DNA of 63,617 nt, filler included, from an uncultured Methanosarcinales archaeon (GTDB lineage Archaea > Nanobdellota > Nanobdellia > Woesearchaeales > CALCXY01), in assembly GCA_964385185.1 (NCBI GenBank). It is 5 parts of 5 records of this genome, joined end to end, with 100 filler letters (N's around TTAATTAATTAA, not from the genome) between each part and the next. Parts side by side here need not be neighbours in the genome. Positions count along the whole stretch, not along the records: positions 1 to 17,074 come from CAYLOA010000025.1; 4 more parts are not named here. One strand, 5' to 3'. A program made the position numbers and the translations under genes. Positions 1 to 10,105 of this stretch are shown here, in pieces. The notes below the pieces were generated by a model that had not been told where the DNA came from, searched no databases, and was given only the letters and a program-made list of their open reading frames with translations. Numbering within the stretch: position 1 is the first letter of the stretch; each line of letters opens with the position of its first letter.

Positions 1-60
1 ATTTTCCCAAATTTTCTCCGCTATGCTCCGAAAACTTCTTTTATCCCAAATGTTAAGTTC
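1..60 (+). other. 3' part of an attC-like recombination site (truncated by window start)
   Basis: Ends ...AACTTCTTTTATCCC-AAAT-GTTAAGT (GTTRRRY at 52-58); CCAAATTT...GAAA(A)CTTC segment resembles the equivalent part of the site at 3521-3624. Confidence 0.55.
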
Positions 61-110
61 AATAAATCTGGAGTACTTGATGTAAACTTTAAGAGGGCTA
101 TTTCTGGATA

Positions 111-677
111 TTAGGGTCGCTGTAACGATTGTAAAATCTCTTCTGAATTCATAACCTCTCCAAAATGTGACTTTATTGTTTTTAATGTATTCTCATGAAT
201 TACTGGATCAGAGGTAAAAGTCAAATCTGAACTAAATAAAACATTAAAGTCCCTAAACATAGCTGATCTTGCTGTTGACTCACAACAAACATTCGTCATT
301 GTACCTGTGATAATAATATTCTTAATCCCCTTTGCTTTCAATATAACTTCTAAATCTGTACCAAAAAAAGCATCATATCTTCTTTTCTTAATCATAATAT
401 CACTTTTCTCTGGCAAAAGTTCATTATGTACCTCTACTCCTTTAGTCCCCTCTCTTAAACCTTCTATTGCTAAACTTGGAAATAGTTTTGCTTCTACAGG
501 ATTATGTACAGTATCAAAAATATGTTTTGTGTAAATTATTGTAATCCCTCTCTTTCTACATTCGTCAATAAAAGACTTAAACTGAGTAATTCTATTGCGA
601 ATTCCTTTAACTTCAATTAATGCTCCATCTTCTACAAAATCATTTTGCATATCTATTACAAGTAATGCTGTTTTCAT
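111..677 (-). CDS. Isochorismatase-family cysteine hydrolase
   Basis: ALLVIDMQNDF, K-RYDAF, GTMTNVCCESTAR motifs; start moved to ATG 677 behind GGAGGT SD. Confidence 0.92.
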   Translation of the reverse strand: MKTALLVIDMQNDFVEDGALIEVKGIRNRITQFKSFIDECRKRGITIIYTKHIFDTVHNPVEAKLFPSLAIEGLREGTKGVEVHNELLPEKSDIMIKKRRYDAFFGTDLEVILKAKGIKNIIITGTMTNVCCESTARSAMFRDFNVLFSSDLTFTSDPVIHENTLKTIKSHFGEVMNSEEILQSLQRP

Positions 678-681
678 TTTC

Positions 682-2559
682 TTACCTCCTGTACTGAACA
701 TTTTGATCATACCAAACCATTGTTGTTAGTAACTTAAACACATCATTGGTTCTAACATCACGACCTGAAACTATGTCTGCATCTTCACTTATCGGTCTCC
801 ATTCCATCAATTTAGCTCCAGCTTCTTCTGGATTATCAAAAGTTGATTCTAACTCTTCAATTCGTCCAGAGTAATTCCTTGCTATCTCTCCAAAAGTATC
901 TCTGTTAAAATAATTCCAAAAGCTTTCATCAACATTGTTAATTCTTTTTCCAAACTCTTCGGCAATTGCTTTATGATAATCAATATGGGCAGCTGCTGGT
1001 AATGGTGCTTTTCCTCTAGCATAAATCTCTTCAGGAAGTGCGTCTTTGAACGCTTCTCTTAGGACATACTTCTCAGTATCTTCTCTAATCTGATATTCTT
1101 GAGGAATTTCTAAACATGTTTCAATTACATCAACGTCTTGAAATGGACATCTTGCTTCTAATGACTGAGCCATTGCACACCTATCGTTAGCTTTATTCAA
1201 GAATCCAAGAAAATCCACTGCATAAAGCCCCATCATTCTTCTTGTTGAATCAGAGGTGTCAAAAGATGAGTAAATATCAACCAGATAATCAACTCCTATA
1301 TCTAAATCAACATCATCATTGAACAATTTTCTGACATATTCTTTTCTTTGTGCAATAAGCTCTCTAAATCCTTCTTCGGTTTTACATTCTTCTTGATCAG
1401 ATTTCAATCCAGGAAATTTATGCCAATAGCCCCAATTAAATTCATCAGCACCTTCCCCTGTCAAGACAACTTTCACACCATTATCTGCAAGAACTTTGTA
1501 GTTTCTAAACATAGCTAGTTGTCTAATGCTGTCATGAATACCTAAAGCACCAACCATTTCTTCTAAGTCATCAAGAAAATTTTCTGGAGAAATATCACTA
1601 GAAACTAGTCTGACATTATCTCTGCTATCAGCTAGAATTTTGGCGTGTTCATAATCAGGATTGCTTGATTGAGCCGTGTATCTAATACAAGATGCTACAA
1701 TTTCATCATCATAATTATCAGCTGTAACAGCAGCAATTATACTTGAATCAAGACCACCACTTAAAGCCACCCCTACTTTTACTTCATCAGGTATTCTTTT
1801 TTTAATTCCAGCTTCTAGTTTAGTTCTTAACTCATCTACAGCATCTTCTAAAGATAATGGCTCTTCAATATCATTAATTGGTAATTGATAAAATCTTTTT
1901 CTTTTCAACTGACCTTCTTTTGATATTGAAACTACTTCACCAGGTTTTAATGATTGAATTCCTTCATAAGTTGAGCTTCCAAGAGGTTCTTCACCAGCTG
2001 CAAAAGCTGAACCAATTAATAATTGTGCAGCAACTCCTTCCAAATTTGGCTGAAAACCATTAGTTGAAACTAGGGCGGTTGGATGAGAACTGAAATTAAC
2101 TGTTTCTCCTTCAAGAGAGAAATATAATGGTTTCATTGCTGTTCTATCTCTAGCTAAAATTGTTTCACCAGTTCTTTTATCATAAATTGCAAATGCAAAT
2201 TGCCCATTTAACTTATCTAAAATTCCTTTACCTAAAGTAGTAAAACCTTCCAATAATACTTCAGTATCACAATCTGTCCTGAATGAAACACCTTGTTTTT
2301 CAAGTTCCTGTCTTATTTCTCTGTGATTGTAAACTTCTCCATTAAATGTAAGAACATAATTGTCATTTTCCATTGGTTGATCTGCTTCTCTATTATCTAC
2401 ATCAACTATGGCTAATCTAGTATGACCTAAAACAGCATTGCCATTTCTAAAAGTACCTTGTCCATCTGGACCTCTGTTTACCAAAACCTCATTCATTGAT
2501 TGAACGGTTTCTTCAAGTCCTGATTGGTTGGAATTGATTATTCCATTTATTCCACACAT
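682..2559 (-). CDS. asnB: Asparagine synthase (glutamine-hydrolysing)-like amidotransferase
   Basis: MCGI Ntn N-terminus, RGPD, FNGEVYN, LSGGLDSS, TGEGADE, EARCPF. Confidence 0.9.
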   Translation of the reverse strand: MCGINGIINSNQSGLEETVQSMNEVLVNRGPDGQGTFRNGNAVLGHTRLAIVDVDNREADQPMENDNYVLTFNGEVYNHREIRQELEKQGVSFRTDCDTEVLLEGFTTLGKGILDKLNGQFAFAIYDKRTGETILARDRTAMKPLYFSLEGETVNFSSHPTALVSTNGFQPNLEGVAAQLLIGSAFAAGEEPLGSSTYEGIQSLKPGEVVSISKEGQLKRKRFYQLPINDIEEPLSLEDAVDELRTKLEAGIKKRIPDEVKVGVALSGGLDSSIIAAVTADNYDDEIVASCIRYTAQSSNPDYEHAKILADSRDNVRLVSSDISPENFLDDLEEMVGALGIHDSIRQLAMFRNYKVLADNGVKVVLTGEGADEFNWGYWHKFPGLKSDQEECKTEEGFRELIAQRKEYVRKLFNDDVDLDIGVDYLVDIYSSFDTSDSTRRMMGLYAVDFLGFLNKANDRCAMAQSLEARCPFQDVDVIETCLEIPQEYQIREDTEKYVLREAFKDALPEEIYARGKAPLPAAAHIDYHKAIAEEFGKRINNVDESFWNYFNRDTFGEIARNYSGRIEELESTFDNPEEAGAKLMEWRPISEDADIVSGRDVRTNDVFKLLTTMVWYDQNVQYRR

Positions 2560-2668
2560 TTTGTTTCACCTATCATACTATTAAACTAACACATTCTTAA
2601 ATAAGAGTGTCCCCTTACAAGACGACTTTTAGAAAGTTTTATAAATAAGCAAGTATTTTAGGTTTTTA

Positions 2669-3427
2669 ATGGAGCTACAAGAACTGCGTAGAATCGGACT
2701 TACAGATGGAGAAATTAAAGTATATGAAGCACTCTTAGAGCTAGGAGAATCAACGAAAACAGCCTTAGCTAAAAAATCAGGAATTGCTCCCTCAAATATC
2801 TATGATGTAACTAACAGATTAATTGAGAAAGGGATTATCTCTAAAGTAGAGAAAAATGGTGTTGCTCACTTTAGTCCAGCTAATCCTAAAAGAATTCTTG
2901 ATTTTTTAGAACAAAAAGAAAAAGAGATGCAGAAAGAGAGGGATTTTGTAAATACTATTTTACCTACTCTATTGTTAAAATTTAGCGAAGCTAAAGAAAA
3001 AACTAATGTTGAAGTTTTCTCTGGATGGAATGGTATGAAAACAATTTTTGAAGATCTAATTGATGAATGTAAGAGAGGGGATCAAAATTACATTTTTGGA
3101 GCAAGTAGAGGGGAAAGTGACAAACAAGCAGATAGATTTTTTGTAAAATATTCTAAATTAAGAGAGCAAAGAGGGATTATTACTAACATTATTTTCAACA
3201 AAGAACTAAAAAAACGAAAAGCGAGAATCGATTTTTTTCTTAAATCAAAAAAATATAATGTTCGTTTTCTATCACAGGTAACTCCAGCTGAGATCATGCT
3301 GTATAAGAACAAGACTTGTATTATCATATTAACTAAAGAACCTTTAGTAATAAGAGTCACAAGTCAAGAGGTTATGAAGAGTTTTAAACAATACTTTGAG
3401 ATAATGTGGGGAACAGCGACCCAATAG
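2669..3427 (+). CDS. TrmB-family transcriptional regulator
   Basis: IGLTDGEIKVYEALL...IYDVTNRLIEKG HTH; C-terminal FKQYFEIMW. Confidence 0.88.
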   Translation: MELQELRRIGLTDGEIKVYEALLELGESTKTALAKKSGIAPSNIYDVTNRLIEKGIISKVEKNGVAHFSPANPKRILDFLEQKEKEMQKERDFVNTILPTLLLKFSEAKEKTNVEVFSGWNGMKTIFEDLIDECKRGDQNYIFGASRGESDKQADRFFVKYSKLREQRGIITNIIFNKELKKRKARIDFFLKSKKYNVRFLSQVTPAEIMLYKNKTCIIILTKEPLVIRVTSQEVMKSFKQYFEIMWGTATQ

Positions 3428-3520
3428 ATACTAAACTAGATTCTGTAAATGTTAGGAAATTGCCCTTTGTACTCCAGATTTACTTTGCTTCGCAATCCCT
3501 CCCACTTCGTAGTCGGGAGA

Positions 3521-3624
3521 ACTTAACAGCAACTATGCGATTACGTTCCGGTCGCCACTTCGTAGCTCCTTCCACTTCATCCAAATTTCCCTTCGGGAAA
3601 CTTCGCATAGTTGCAATGTTAGTC
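3521..3624 (+). other. attC-like site
   Basis: ACTTAAC (RYYYAAC) 3521-3527; 12-bp inverted repeat GCAACTATGCGA/TCGCATAGTTGC; GTTAGTC 3618-3624; internal CTTCG-loop hairpins. Confidence 0.65.
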
Positions 3625-4167
3625 TCCAACATAACTATCAGTAATAATAACTTCATTACCCCAATCAACCGTGATAGGTTCTTTATGTTCTAATACAACA
3701 TTAGCTGTAATCAAATTCTTAGGTATTGAAGGATTATAAGGCCCTTCTGCAACTTTTACATCATCAACCATAAATGCCTGCCCTCTATCAACATGAAAGG
3801 TATATAATAATTTGTGAGGGTTACCATCAAATAAATCAAAACTACTAGTCTGCATAGGAGGTATACCTCCTTCAAGAGCTTTGGCACCCATATTATAGAT
3901 AATCTTTAACCCAGCAATCTGTCTACTATTAATCAGTACAATATAATCAGGAATTAATCCAAAGTGATGTTCAACCTCTTCCATTGAACCTTGAAAATTC
4001 ATAACAACAGTACCCTCTCTTTTATTTTCAAAATCACTTGGCTGATATAAAGCACCATAAGTAAACTCACTAGGGGGTTTAAACATCTCAAATCTTTGTT
4101 CAACATACCAAACCCCACTTAATAACAAGAACGCAACTCCAATAATAATCAAAGCACCATGTTTCAT
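3619..4167 (-). CDS. Hypothetical membrane-anchored protein
   Basis: 182-aa ORF with N-terminal hydrophobic helix; family not recognised. Confidence 0.7.
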   Translation of the reverse strand: MKHGALIIIGVAFLLLSGVWYVEQRFEMFKPPSEFTYGALYQPSDFENKREGTVVMNFQGSMEEVEHHFGLIPDYIVLINSRQIAGLKIIYNMGAKALEGGIPPMQTSSFDLFDGNPHKLLYTFHVDRGQAFMVDDVKVAEGPYNPSIPKNLITANVVLEHKEPITVDWGNEVIITDSYVGD

Positions 4168-4233
4168 ACTCTAAATGAGATGTCATTCTTTAAAAATCTA
4201 TTCCCCATATCTAAAATAAGTATCTCTCAAAAG

Positions 4234-4277
4234 GCTCGCAGTCGTAAGACTGCGAGAGTTGGCACTCTGTGAGTGCC
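4234..4277. repeat. Twin-hairpin REP-like repeat, family A copy 1
   Basis: Reverse complement matches 51423-51466 at 43/44 nt. Confidence 0.9.
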
Positions 4278-4312
4278 TCCACCCCTACCTTTCCAAAACC
4301 CAAGACACAATA

Positions 4313-4320
4313 TTTATAAA
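4313..4320 (+). promoter_or_regulatory. TATA box for the uORF-cysE-cysS unit
   Basis: TTTATAAA centred about 27 nt before ATG 4343. Confidence 0.65.
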
Positions 4321-4342
4321 CCTCCAACCATTACCATTCCTT

Positions 4343-4366
4343 ATGTCAACAAACTGCTGTTGCTAA
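4343..4366 (+). CDS. Putative cysteine-sensing leader peptide MSTNCCC
   Basis: ATG TCA ACA AAC TGC TGT TGC TAA, ending 30 nt before cysE. Confidence 0.65.
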   Translation: MSTNCCC

Positions 4367-4396
4367 TTCTACCATTTAACTAGTCTGAGGTATAAA

Positions 4397-4948
4397 ATGA
4401 CATTCCTATCAACACTACAAGAAGATATAAAACAAGTAAAAAAGAACGATCCTGCAGTTAAGTCTCTACTAGAAGTACTCCTCTGCCACACTCCATTACA
4501 CGCAATACTTATACATAGAATAATCCACCCTTTAAGAAATATCCCTATCCTCCCCAGATTCCTCTCACAAATAAATCGATTCATAACAGGAATTGAAATT
4601 CATCCAGGAGCAACCATAGGAAGAGGATTTTTCATAGACCATGGAATGGGAATAGTGATAGGAGAAACAACAATCATTGGCTCTCACTGCCAAATGTTCC
4701 ATGGAGTAACGTTAGGAGGGACAGGCCATCATAAAGGCAAGAGACACCCAACGATTGGAAATAATGTCTACATCGGTATGGGCGCAACAATCCTAGGACC
4801 CATAAAAATTGGAAATAATGTTAAAATCGGTGCAAACACATTCATAATCATGAAGAACATACCAGACAATTCAACCGTTGTAGGCTATGATCCAAAAATA
4901 GTAAAATTAAATGGAAAGAAAGTTTCGCAAAATCTACAAAAAGCATAA
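4397..4948 (+). CDS. cysE: Serine O-acetyltransferase
   Basis: [40 protein letters not shown]. Confidence 0.93.
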   Translation: MTFLSTLQEDIKQVKKNDPAVKSLLEVLLCHTPLHAILIHRIIHPLRNIPILPRFLSQINRFITGIEIHPGATIGRGFFIDHGMGIVIGETTIIGSHCQMFHGVTLGGTGHHKGKRHPTIGNNVYIGMGATILGPIKIGNNVKIGANTFIIMKNIPDNSTVVGYDPKIVKLNGKKVSQNLQKA

Positions 4949-4980
4949 AGAATAAAAACACCAAAGAGGTATAACAAAAA

Positions 4981-6375
4981 ATGGCATTAAAACTATACAA
5001 CACGTTAACAAGAACACTTGAACCTTTCAAAGAGATAAAGAAAGGAGAAGTAGGTATCTATGCGTGTGGACCAACAGTATACAACTATGTCCATATAGGA
5101 AACTTACGAGCGTACATCTTCTACGACTTAGTATCAAAATATCTAAAGTATAAAGGTTACAAAGTAAAATTAGTCTCCAACATCACAGACATAGATGATA
5201 AAACAATAAGAGATTCTCAAAAGAACAACCAATCATTAACAGAATTTACCGAAAAATACACCAAGGCATACATTGAAGACCTCACAACATTAAACATCGA
5301 TCTACCTGATGAAATGCCAAAGGCAACCGATTACATTAACCAAATGGTAGACATGACGAAAAAACTCCTAGAAAAAGGTCATGCATACAAAGCAGGTTCT
5401 TCAATCTATTTCAAAATTGATTCCTTTAATAAATACGGACAATTAGCTAAGTTAGACAACTTCGACCAATTAAAAAAGAATGCTGAAGGTCGTCTTTCCG
5501 ACGCAGATGAATATGAAAAAGACGATGTACGAGACTTCGCACTCTGGAAAGCGTACGAAGAAACCGATGGCGATGTATTCTGGGAACCAGATATAGGAAA
5601 AGGCCGCCCAGGATGGCATATTGAATGTTCTGTCATGTCTTCAGACTTATTAGGACCAACATTTGACATGCACTTAGGTGGTGTAGATTTAATCTTCCCT
5701 CACCACACAAATGAAATTGCTCAATCAGAAGGCACAACAGGCAAGAAGTTTGTCAATTACTGGCTACATAACGAACATCTCTTAGTAGAAGGAAAGAAAA
5801 TGTCAAAATCTTTAGGAAACTTCTACACTCTAAGAGATTTAGAAGAAAAAAATCACAAACCTGAAGCTATCAGATATCTTTTACTAGCAACACACTACAG
5901 ACAGAAGTTAAATTTCACACTAAAATCTTTAGAAGCTGCTCAAAACTCAGTAGACAGACTACAAGATTTCTACCGAAATCTAACCCATATCAAAGCCACA
6001 AAAAATCATCCTAAAGTAAAACCTTTAATTGAAAAGGCAAAAGCAGAATTTGAAAAAAAGTTAGATGATGATCTAAACATTTCAGAAGCGTTAGCTGTAA
6101 TTTTCGACTTCATGAGAGATATTAACAAATTAGAACTCTCAAAGCAAAATGCAGAGGATATTATCACTGTAATCAAACAATTTAACACGGTTATAGGAGT
6201 CATCCAAACAGAACAAGACGATCTAGAACCTGCTTTTCAAGAACTCATAGATCAAAGAGAAGAAGCAAGAAAAAATAAAAACTTCGAAGAATCCGATAAA
6301 ATAAGAAATGAATTAAAAAAGAAAGGAATACTCTTAGATGACACCTCAGAAGGAGTCATCTGGAAGAGAACTTAA
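4981..6375 (+). CDS. cysS: Cysteinyl-tRNA synthetase
   Basis: YACGPTVY, HIGN, DFALWK, GRPGWHIECS, KMSKS. Confidence 0.98.
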   Translation: MALKLYNTLTRTLEPFKEIKKGEVGIYACGPTVYNYVHIGNLRAYIFYDLVSKYLKYKGYKVKLVSNITDIDDKTIRDSQKNNQSLTEFTEKYTKAYIEDLTTLNIDLPDEMPKATDYINQMVDMTKKLLEKGHAYKAGSSIYFKIDSFNKYGQLAKLDNFDQLKKNAEGRLSDADEYEKDDVRDFALWKAYEETDGDVFWEPDIGKGRPGWHIECSVMSSDLLGPTFDMHLGGVDLIFPHHTNEIAQSEGTTGKKFVNYWLHNEHLLVEGKKMSKSLGNFYTLRDLEEKNHKPEAIRYLLLATHYRQKLNFTLKSLEAAQNSVDRLQDFYRNLTHIKATKNHPKVKPLIEKAKAEFEKKLDDDLNISEALAVIFDFMRDINKLELSKQNAEDIITVIKQFNTVIGVIQTEQDDLEPAFQELIDQREEARKNKNFEESDKIRNELKKKGILLDDTSEGVIWKRT

Positions 6376-7172
6376 TAATTTTGTTCCTTTCGAAAAGATA
6401 TTCCTCTTTGCATTCTATGTAACCCAAAAAAATCCTCAGCTTCAGGTTCGGAAGTCCAAGTGCCAGGTTTACCAGTTTTCTCAACATGAGTACTTATATC
6501 ATGCTGACTTGACCATCTAGTAAATCCTTCAGATCCTGTAGAATCGGCTAACCTCGGATTATCATACCCACCAAATTGAAGTTCCTGATGAGCAGCATCA
6601 CTCAAATCTGAAAACAATACTTCTCTAGCTCCAAGTTTTACAACATTGGCAAGATTAAAGGTTTCATCCTCTCCCAATAAATAAACTGCATCCACTAATC
6701 TTGGAAAGAAAGATACATCTCCTGAAGCAGTTCCATTTTGATTTCCATAAAGATCAGATAATTCTTGTACATGCTTTGAATCGGGAATTCTTTCCACAGC
6801 ATACATTAAATCGTCTGGATTAACTCCTGTGGAGGCAACTTCTAAAAGTTCATCAACATTACCACCTATTTCAGTCCAAGTTTTTAATACATGATCAAGA
6901 CCAAATTTTGATCCAGCTAAATAGAGATCAACTGTTTGTACTGCATCGATTGTAGTGACATAATTGTCTGAAATTTCTTGATACATTTCCATTAATTTTG
7001 GAGTTGGCTTAAATCTACTTAAAGGACCGTCAGGAACCCAATTAATTTGACGTAATTTATTCTGAGGATTTCCATTCCCATTAGAATGTTGAAATTCTAA
7101 AATGTCGATTTCAGCTTGATTCGCTTTTCTGCCCTGCTTTTCTGCAGCTGATGTATCATATTTTATTGCCAT
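6372..7172 (-). CDS. Hypothetical protein
   Basis: Long ORF; SD-like GAGGGTGG before ATG 7172. Confidence 0.65.
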   Translation of the reverse strand: MAIKYDTSAAEKQGRKANQAEIDILEFQHSNGNGNPQNKLRQINWVPDGPLSRFKPTPKLMEMYQEISDNYVTTIDAVQTVDLYLAGSKFGLDHVLKTWTEIGGNVDELLEVASTGVNPDDLMYAVERIPDSKHVQELSDLYGNQNGTASGDVSFFPRLVDAVYLLGEDETFNLANVVKLGAREVLFSDLSDAAHQELQFGGYDNPRLADSTGSEGFTRWSSQHDISTHVEKTGKPGTWTSEPEAEDFFGLHRMQRGISFRKEQNY

Positions 7173-7301
7173 TGTATACCACCCTCGTTGTATCTTTAGA
7201 GAATTTGACTTTTTATATAATTTATCAAATTCCACACTAAAAAACGCATTAATCCCTTATAAGAATAACTATCCCTCAAGAAACAAAGTACGAATTACGT
7301 A

Positions 7302-7610
7302 CTACAATCTCCAGAAAATTTTCTCAAAATCAGGCATAGGCTCTATCACAGGTTCAGTATCTCCCTGAATTTCTGTCATCCTTTGATATACTAAAGAGAT
7401 AAAAAAATAATTTTTCATCATCCCTACCATGGATTTTTTTAAAATATCTTTGGTACATGGAACAGATTGATACACAACAAAAGGCTTACATCTCCTTTCC
7501 CGATTACTATTCAACCTATCCGAGTGATATACATACAAGTGATTAGGATCTTTCCCCTCTTCTCCATTGCAAACATATTCCTTCCGAAATCGATTAAAAT
7601 GTATATCCAT
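7302..7610 (-). CDS. Hypothetical protein
   Basis: 102-aa ORF downstream of valS. Confidence 0.5.
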   Translation of the reverse strand: MDIHFNRFRKEYVCNGEEGKDPNHLYVYHSDRLNSNRERRCKPFVVYQSVPCTKDILKKSMVGMMKNYFFISLVYQRMTEIQGDTEPVIEPMPDFEKIFWRL

Positions 7611-7642
7611 AAAAATAGAAATTTCCCCTCATTATTAAACCT

Positions 7643-10039
7643 TTACAATTCAACTTCAACTTTCATCTCTTCACCTTGTTCATACTCTACTGTCTCAGCT
7701 CCAGTAGTACTACGAACATCACCTTCAATCTTCTCAAATTCCTTAACATCAATCTTACCAATTATACTCAAAACTTTAACAGGTTCCTTCATACTCAATT
7801 GTTTTTCACTTTTAGCTTTTCGAACTTCTCCAACCACAAAAACAATTAATTCTCCCAAAGCAGAACAATCGTCTACCTTAACAGGCAGTGGCCAAGAAGA
7901 AACATGGATACTATCCAACTTTTCCCTCTCACTATAATAAAGATGATAAATTTCCTCAGTAATGTGAGGCATAATCGGAGCCATCATTTTCAAAACTCCT
8001 AATAATCCATGATACAAAGCATACTGTGCACTTTTCCGACCTGCTTCCCCTCTTTTATCAGGATTGTAAATTCTATCTTTAATAATCTCCAAATAATTAT
8101 CACAAAACGTTTGCCAAAAGAACTTATCAACATCAGCTTTGGTCCGAGCATACTCATACGTATCAAAACTTGAAGTAGCATTCTTAATAACCGTATTCAA
8201 CTCACCTAAGAACCATTTATCAACACACTCTAATTCAACCTTCTCATCGGTAAAATCTTCTAGATGCATGAAACAGAACTTAGAAGCATTCCATAATTTG
8301 TTAATAAATTTCTCACCTGTAACCAAATCTTTCTCTTGAAAACTTAAATCATCTCCTAATTTCGAACCAGCAGACCAATATCGTAAACTATCTGAACTAT
8401 ACTTCCCTATCATTTCTTGAGGTTCAACAACATTCCCCTTACTCTTACTCATTTTTTTCCCATGAGGATCCAAAGCATGCCCTGAAATCATAACATCTTT
8501 CCAAGGTTTCTTACCAGAATGCAATTGACTCTTCACAACCGTATTAAACAGCCAAAACGTAATAATATCGTGAGCCTGAGGACGTAAAGACATAGGAAAT
8601 AAATCTTTTTGAACACTTTTAGGCATCAATTCAATAGCCAACTGAGGAGTCAAACTACTCGTAGCCCACGTATCCAGAATATCTTCCTCAGGAATAAACT
8701 CACTACATCCACACTTTTTACATTTCTTAATCGGTGGCTTATCCACTAAAGGATCAACAGGCAAATCATGTACAGATGCAACTACAACCTCATCACATTG
8801 TTTACAATACCAAACCGGAAAAGGAATTCCAAAGTATCTCTGACGACTAATCAACCAATCCCACGCTAAACCTTTAACCCAATGATCATACCGGACTTTC
8901 ATATGTTTAGGATACCAATTTAATTCTTTACCCCATTCTAGCATCTCATCTCGTTTATCCAAATAGGAAATAAACCATTGTTTGGAATTAATAAATTCAA
9001 TAGCAGTACCACATCGTTCGTGCACATTAACAGCATGCTTAATCTGTTTCTGTCCTTTCAACAAACCAGCTTCATCCAAATCTTTAAGAATCTCTTTTCG
9101 AGCTTTTTTAACATACATCCCTGTATAATCTCCAGCCAATGCAGTCATATGACCATCTTCACCAAGAGCTTCAATAATCGGTAAGTTGTGAGCCTTTTGC
9201 CATTCCATATCAGTCTGATCACCAAAGGTACAACACATTACTGCACCTGTCCCTTTTTCAGGATCGGCACGTTTGTCAGGAAGAATATCAACAGTATGTC
9301 CAAAAAGAGGAACAGTTGCTTTCTTCCCTTTATATTTCTCAAACCGTTTATCATCAGGATGATAAAAAACTGCAACACATGCAGGTAATAACTCAGGTCT
9401 AGTCGTCCCTATCACTAATTCCCCATCACCAACTTTAAACACGATATCATTAAACTGACTATCAACTTCTTTATCTTCAGCTTCAACCTGGCTAATACCA
9501 GTCTGACATTCAGGACACCACATGGTAGGAGCTTCCTTTCGATACTCTAATCCTTTCTCATACAACTCCAAAAAACTACGCTGACTTATTTTCTGAGAAT
9601 GCTTATCAATAGTATCGTAAAATATCTTCCAATCACAACTCATTCCTATTTTTTTCCAATCAGCAATATATGCAGGACGCAATTCATTATCTAAGGTATC
9701 TAAGCAAATCTTCCTAAACTCATCTCGATCCATATCCTTACTCTTCACACCTTTCATCTGTTCAATCAATCTCTCAGTAGCTACTCCATTATTATCAGTT
9801 CCGAAGGGATAAAAAACTCGTAAACCTTTCATTCTATTATATCGAGCAACAAAATCTTGCTGAGTATAACTAAACGCATGTCCAATATGCATCTTACCAG
9901 AAACAGTAGGCGGTGGAGTATCAATACTAAACACCTTACCCTTGCCTTTGACATCAAAAGTATACACTCCTTTTTCTTCCCAATACTTCTGCCATCTAGC
10001 CTCGGCTTCATTACTATCATACTTCTTACTCATATCCAT
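7643..10039 (-). CDS. valS: Valyl-tRNA synthetase (archaeal type)
   Basis: DTPPPTVSG-MHIGH, DWLISRQR, KMSKS; about 800 aa. Confidence 0.98.
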   Translation of the reverse strand: MDMSKKYDSNEAEARWQKYWEEKGVYTFDVKGKGKVFSIDTPPPTVSGKMHIGHAFSYTQQDFVARYNRMKGLRVFYPFGTDNNGVATERLIEQMKGVKSKDMDRDEFRKICLDTLDNELRPAYIADWKKIGMSCDWKIFYDTIDKHSQKISQRSFLELYEKGLEYRKEAPTMWCPECQTGISQVEAEDKEVDSQFNDIVFKVGDGELVIGTTRPELLPACVAVFYHPDDKRFEKYKGKKATVPLFGHTVDILPDKRADPEKGTGAVMCCTFGDQTDMEWQKAHNLPIIEALGEDGHMTALAGDYTGMYVKKARKEILKDLDEAGLLKGQKQIKHAVNVHERCGTAIEFINSKQWFISYLDKRDEMLEWGKELNWYPKHMKVRYDHWVKGLAWDWLISRQRYFGIPFPVWYCKQCDEVVVASVHDLPVDPLVDKPPIKKCKKCGCSEFIPEEDILDTWATSSLTPQLAIELMPKSVQKDLFPMSLRPQAHDIITFWLFNTVVKSQLHSGKKPWKDVMISGHALDPHGKKMSKSKGNVVEPQEMIGKYSSDSLRYWSAGSKLGDDLSFQEKDLVTGEKFINKLWNASKFCFMHLEDFTDEKVELECVDKWFLGELNTVIKNATSSFDTYEYARTKADVDKFFWQTFCDNYLEIIKDRIYNPDKRGEAGRKSAQYALYHGLLGVLKMMAPIMPHITEEIYHLYYSEREKLDSIHVSSWPLPVKVDDCSALGELIVFVVGEVRKAKSEKQLSMKEPVKVLSIIGKIDVKEFEKIEGDVRSTTGAETVEYEQGEEMKVEVEL

Positions 10040-10105
10040 AATAATCTAAATTCTAACTGTATTTTTAAGCCTTATGGCAAATAATCTATCTAACACAAGC
10101 AGATA

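Larger units (their letters stand above)
53..3618 (+). mobile_element. Putative integron-type gene cassette (isochorismatase, asnB-like, TrmB)
   Basis: GTTAAGTTC (52-60) is the exact reverse complement of GAACTTAAC (3519-3527), which opens the downstream attC-like site. Confidence 0.55.

Noticed and set aside
3406..3693. ORF-track entries over palindromes or antisense to genes (e.g. 3406-3693, 39056-39316, 51421-51633, 59530-59796)
   Set aside because: Shadow frames from GC-rich repeats or opposite-strand genes, with no protein motifs
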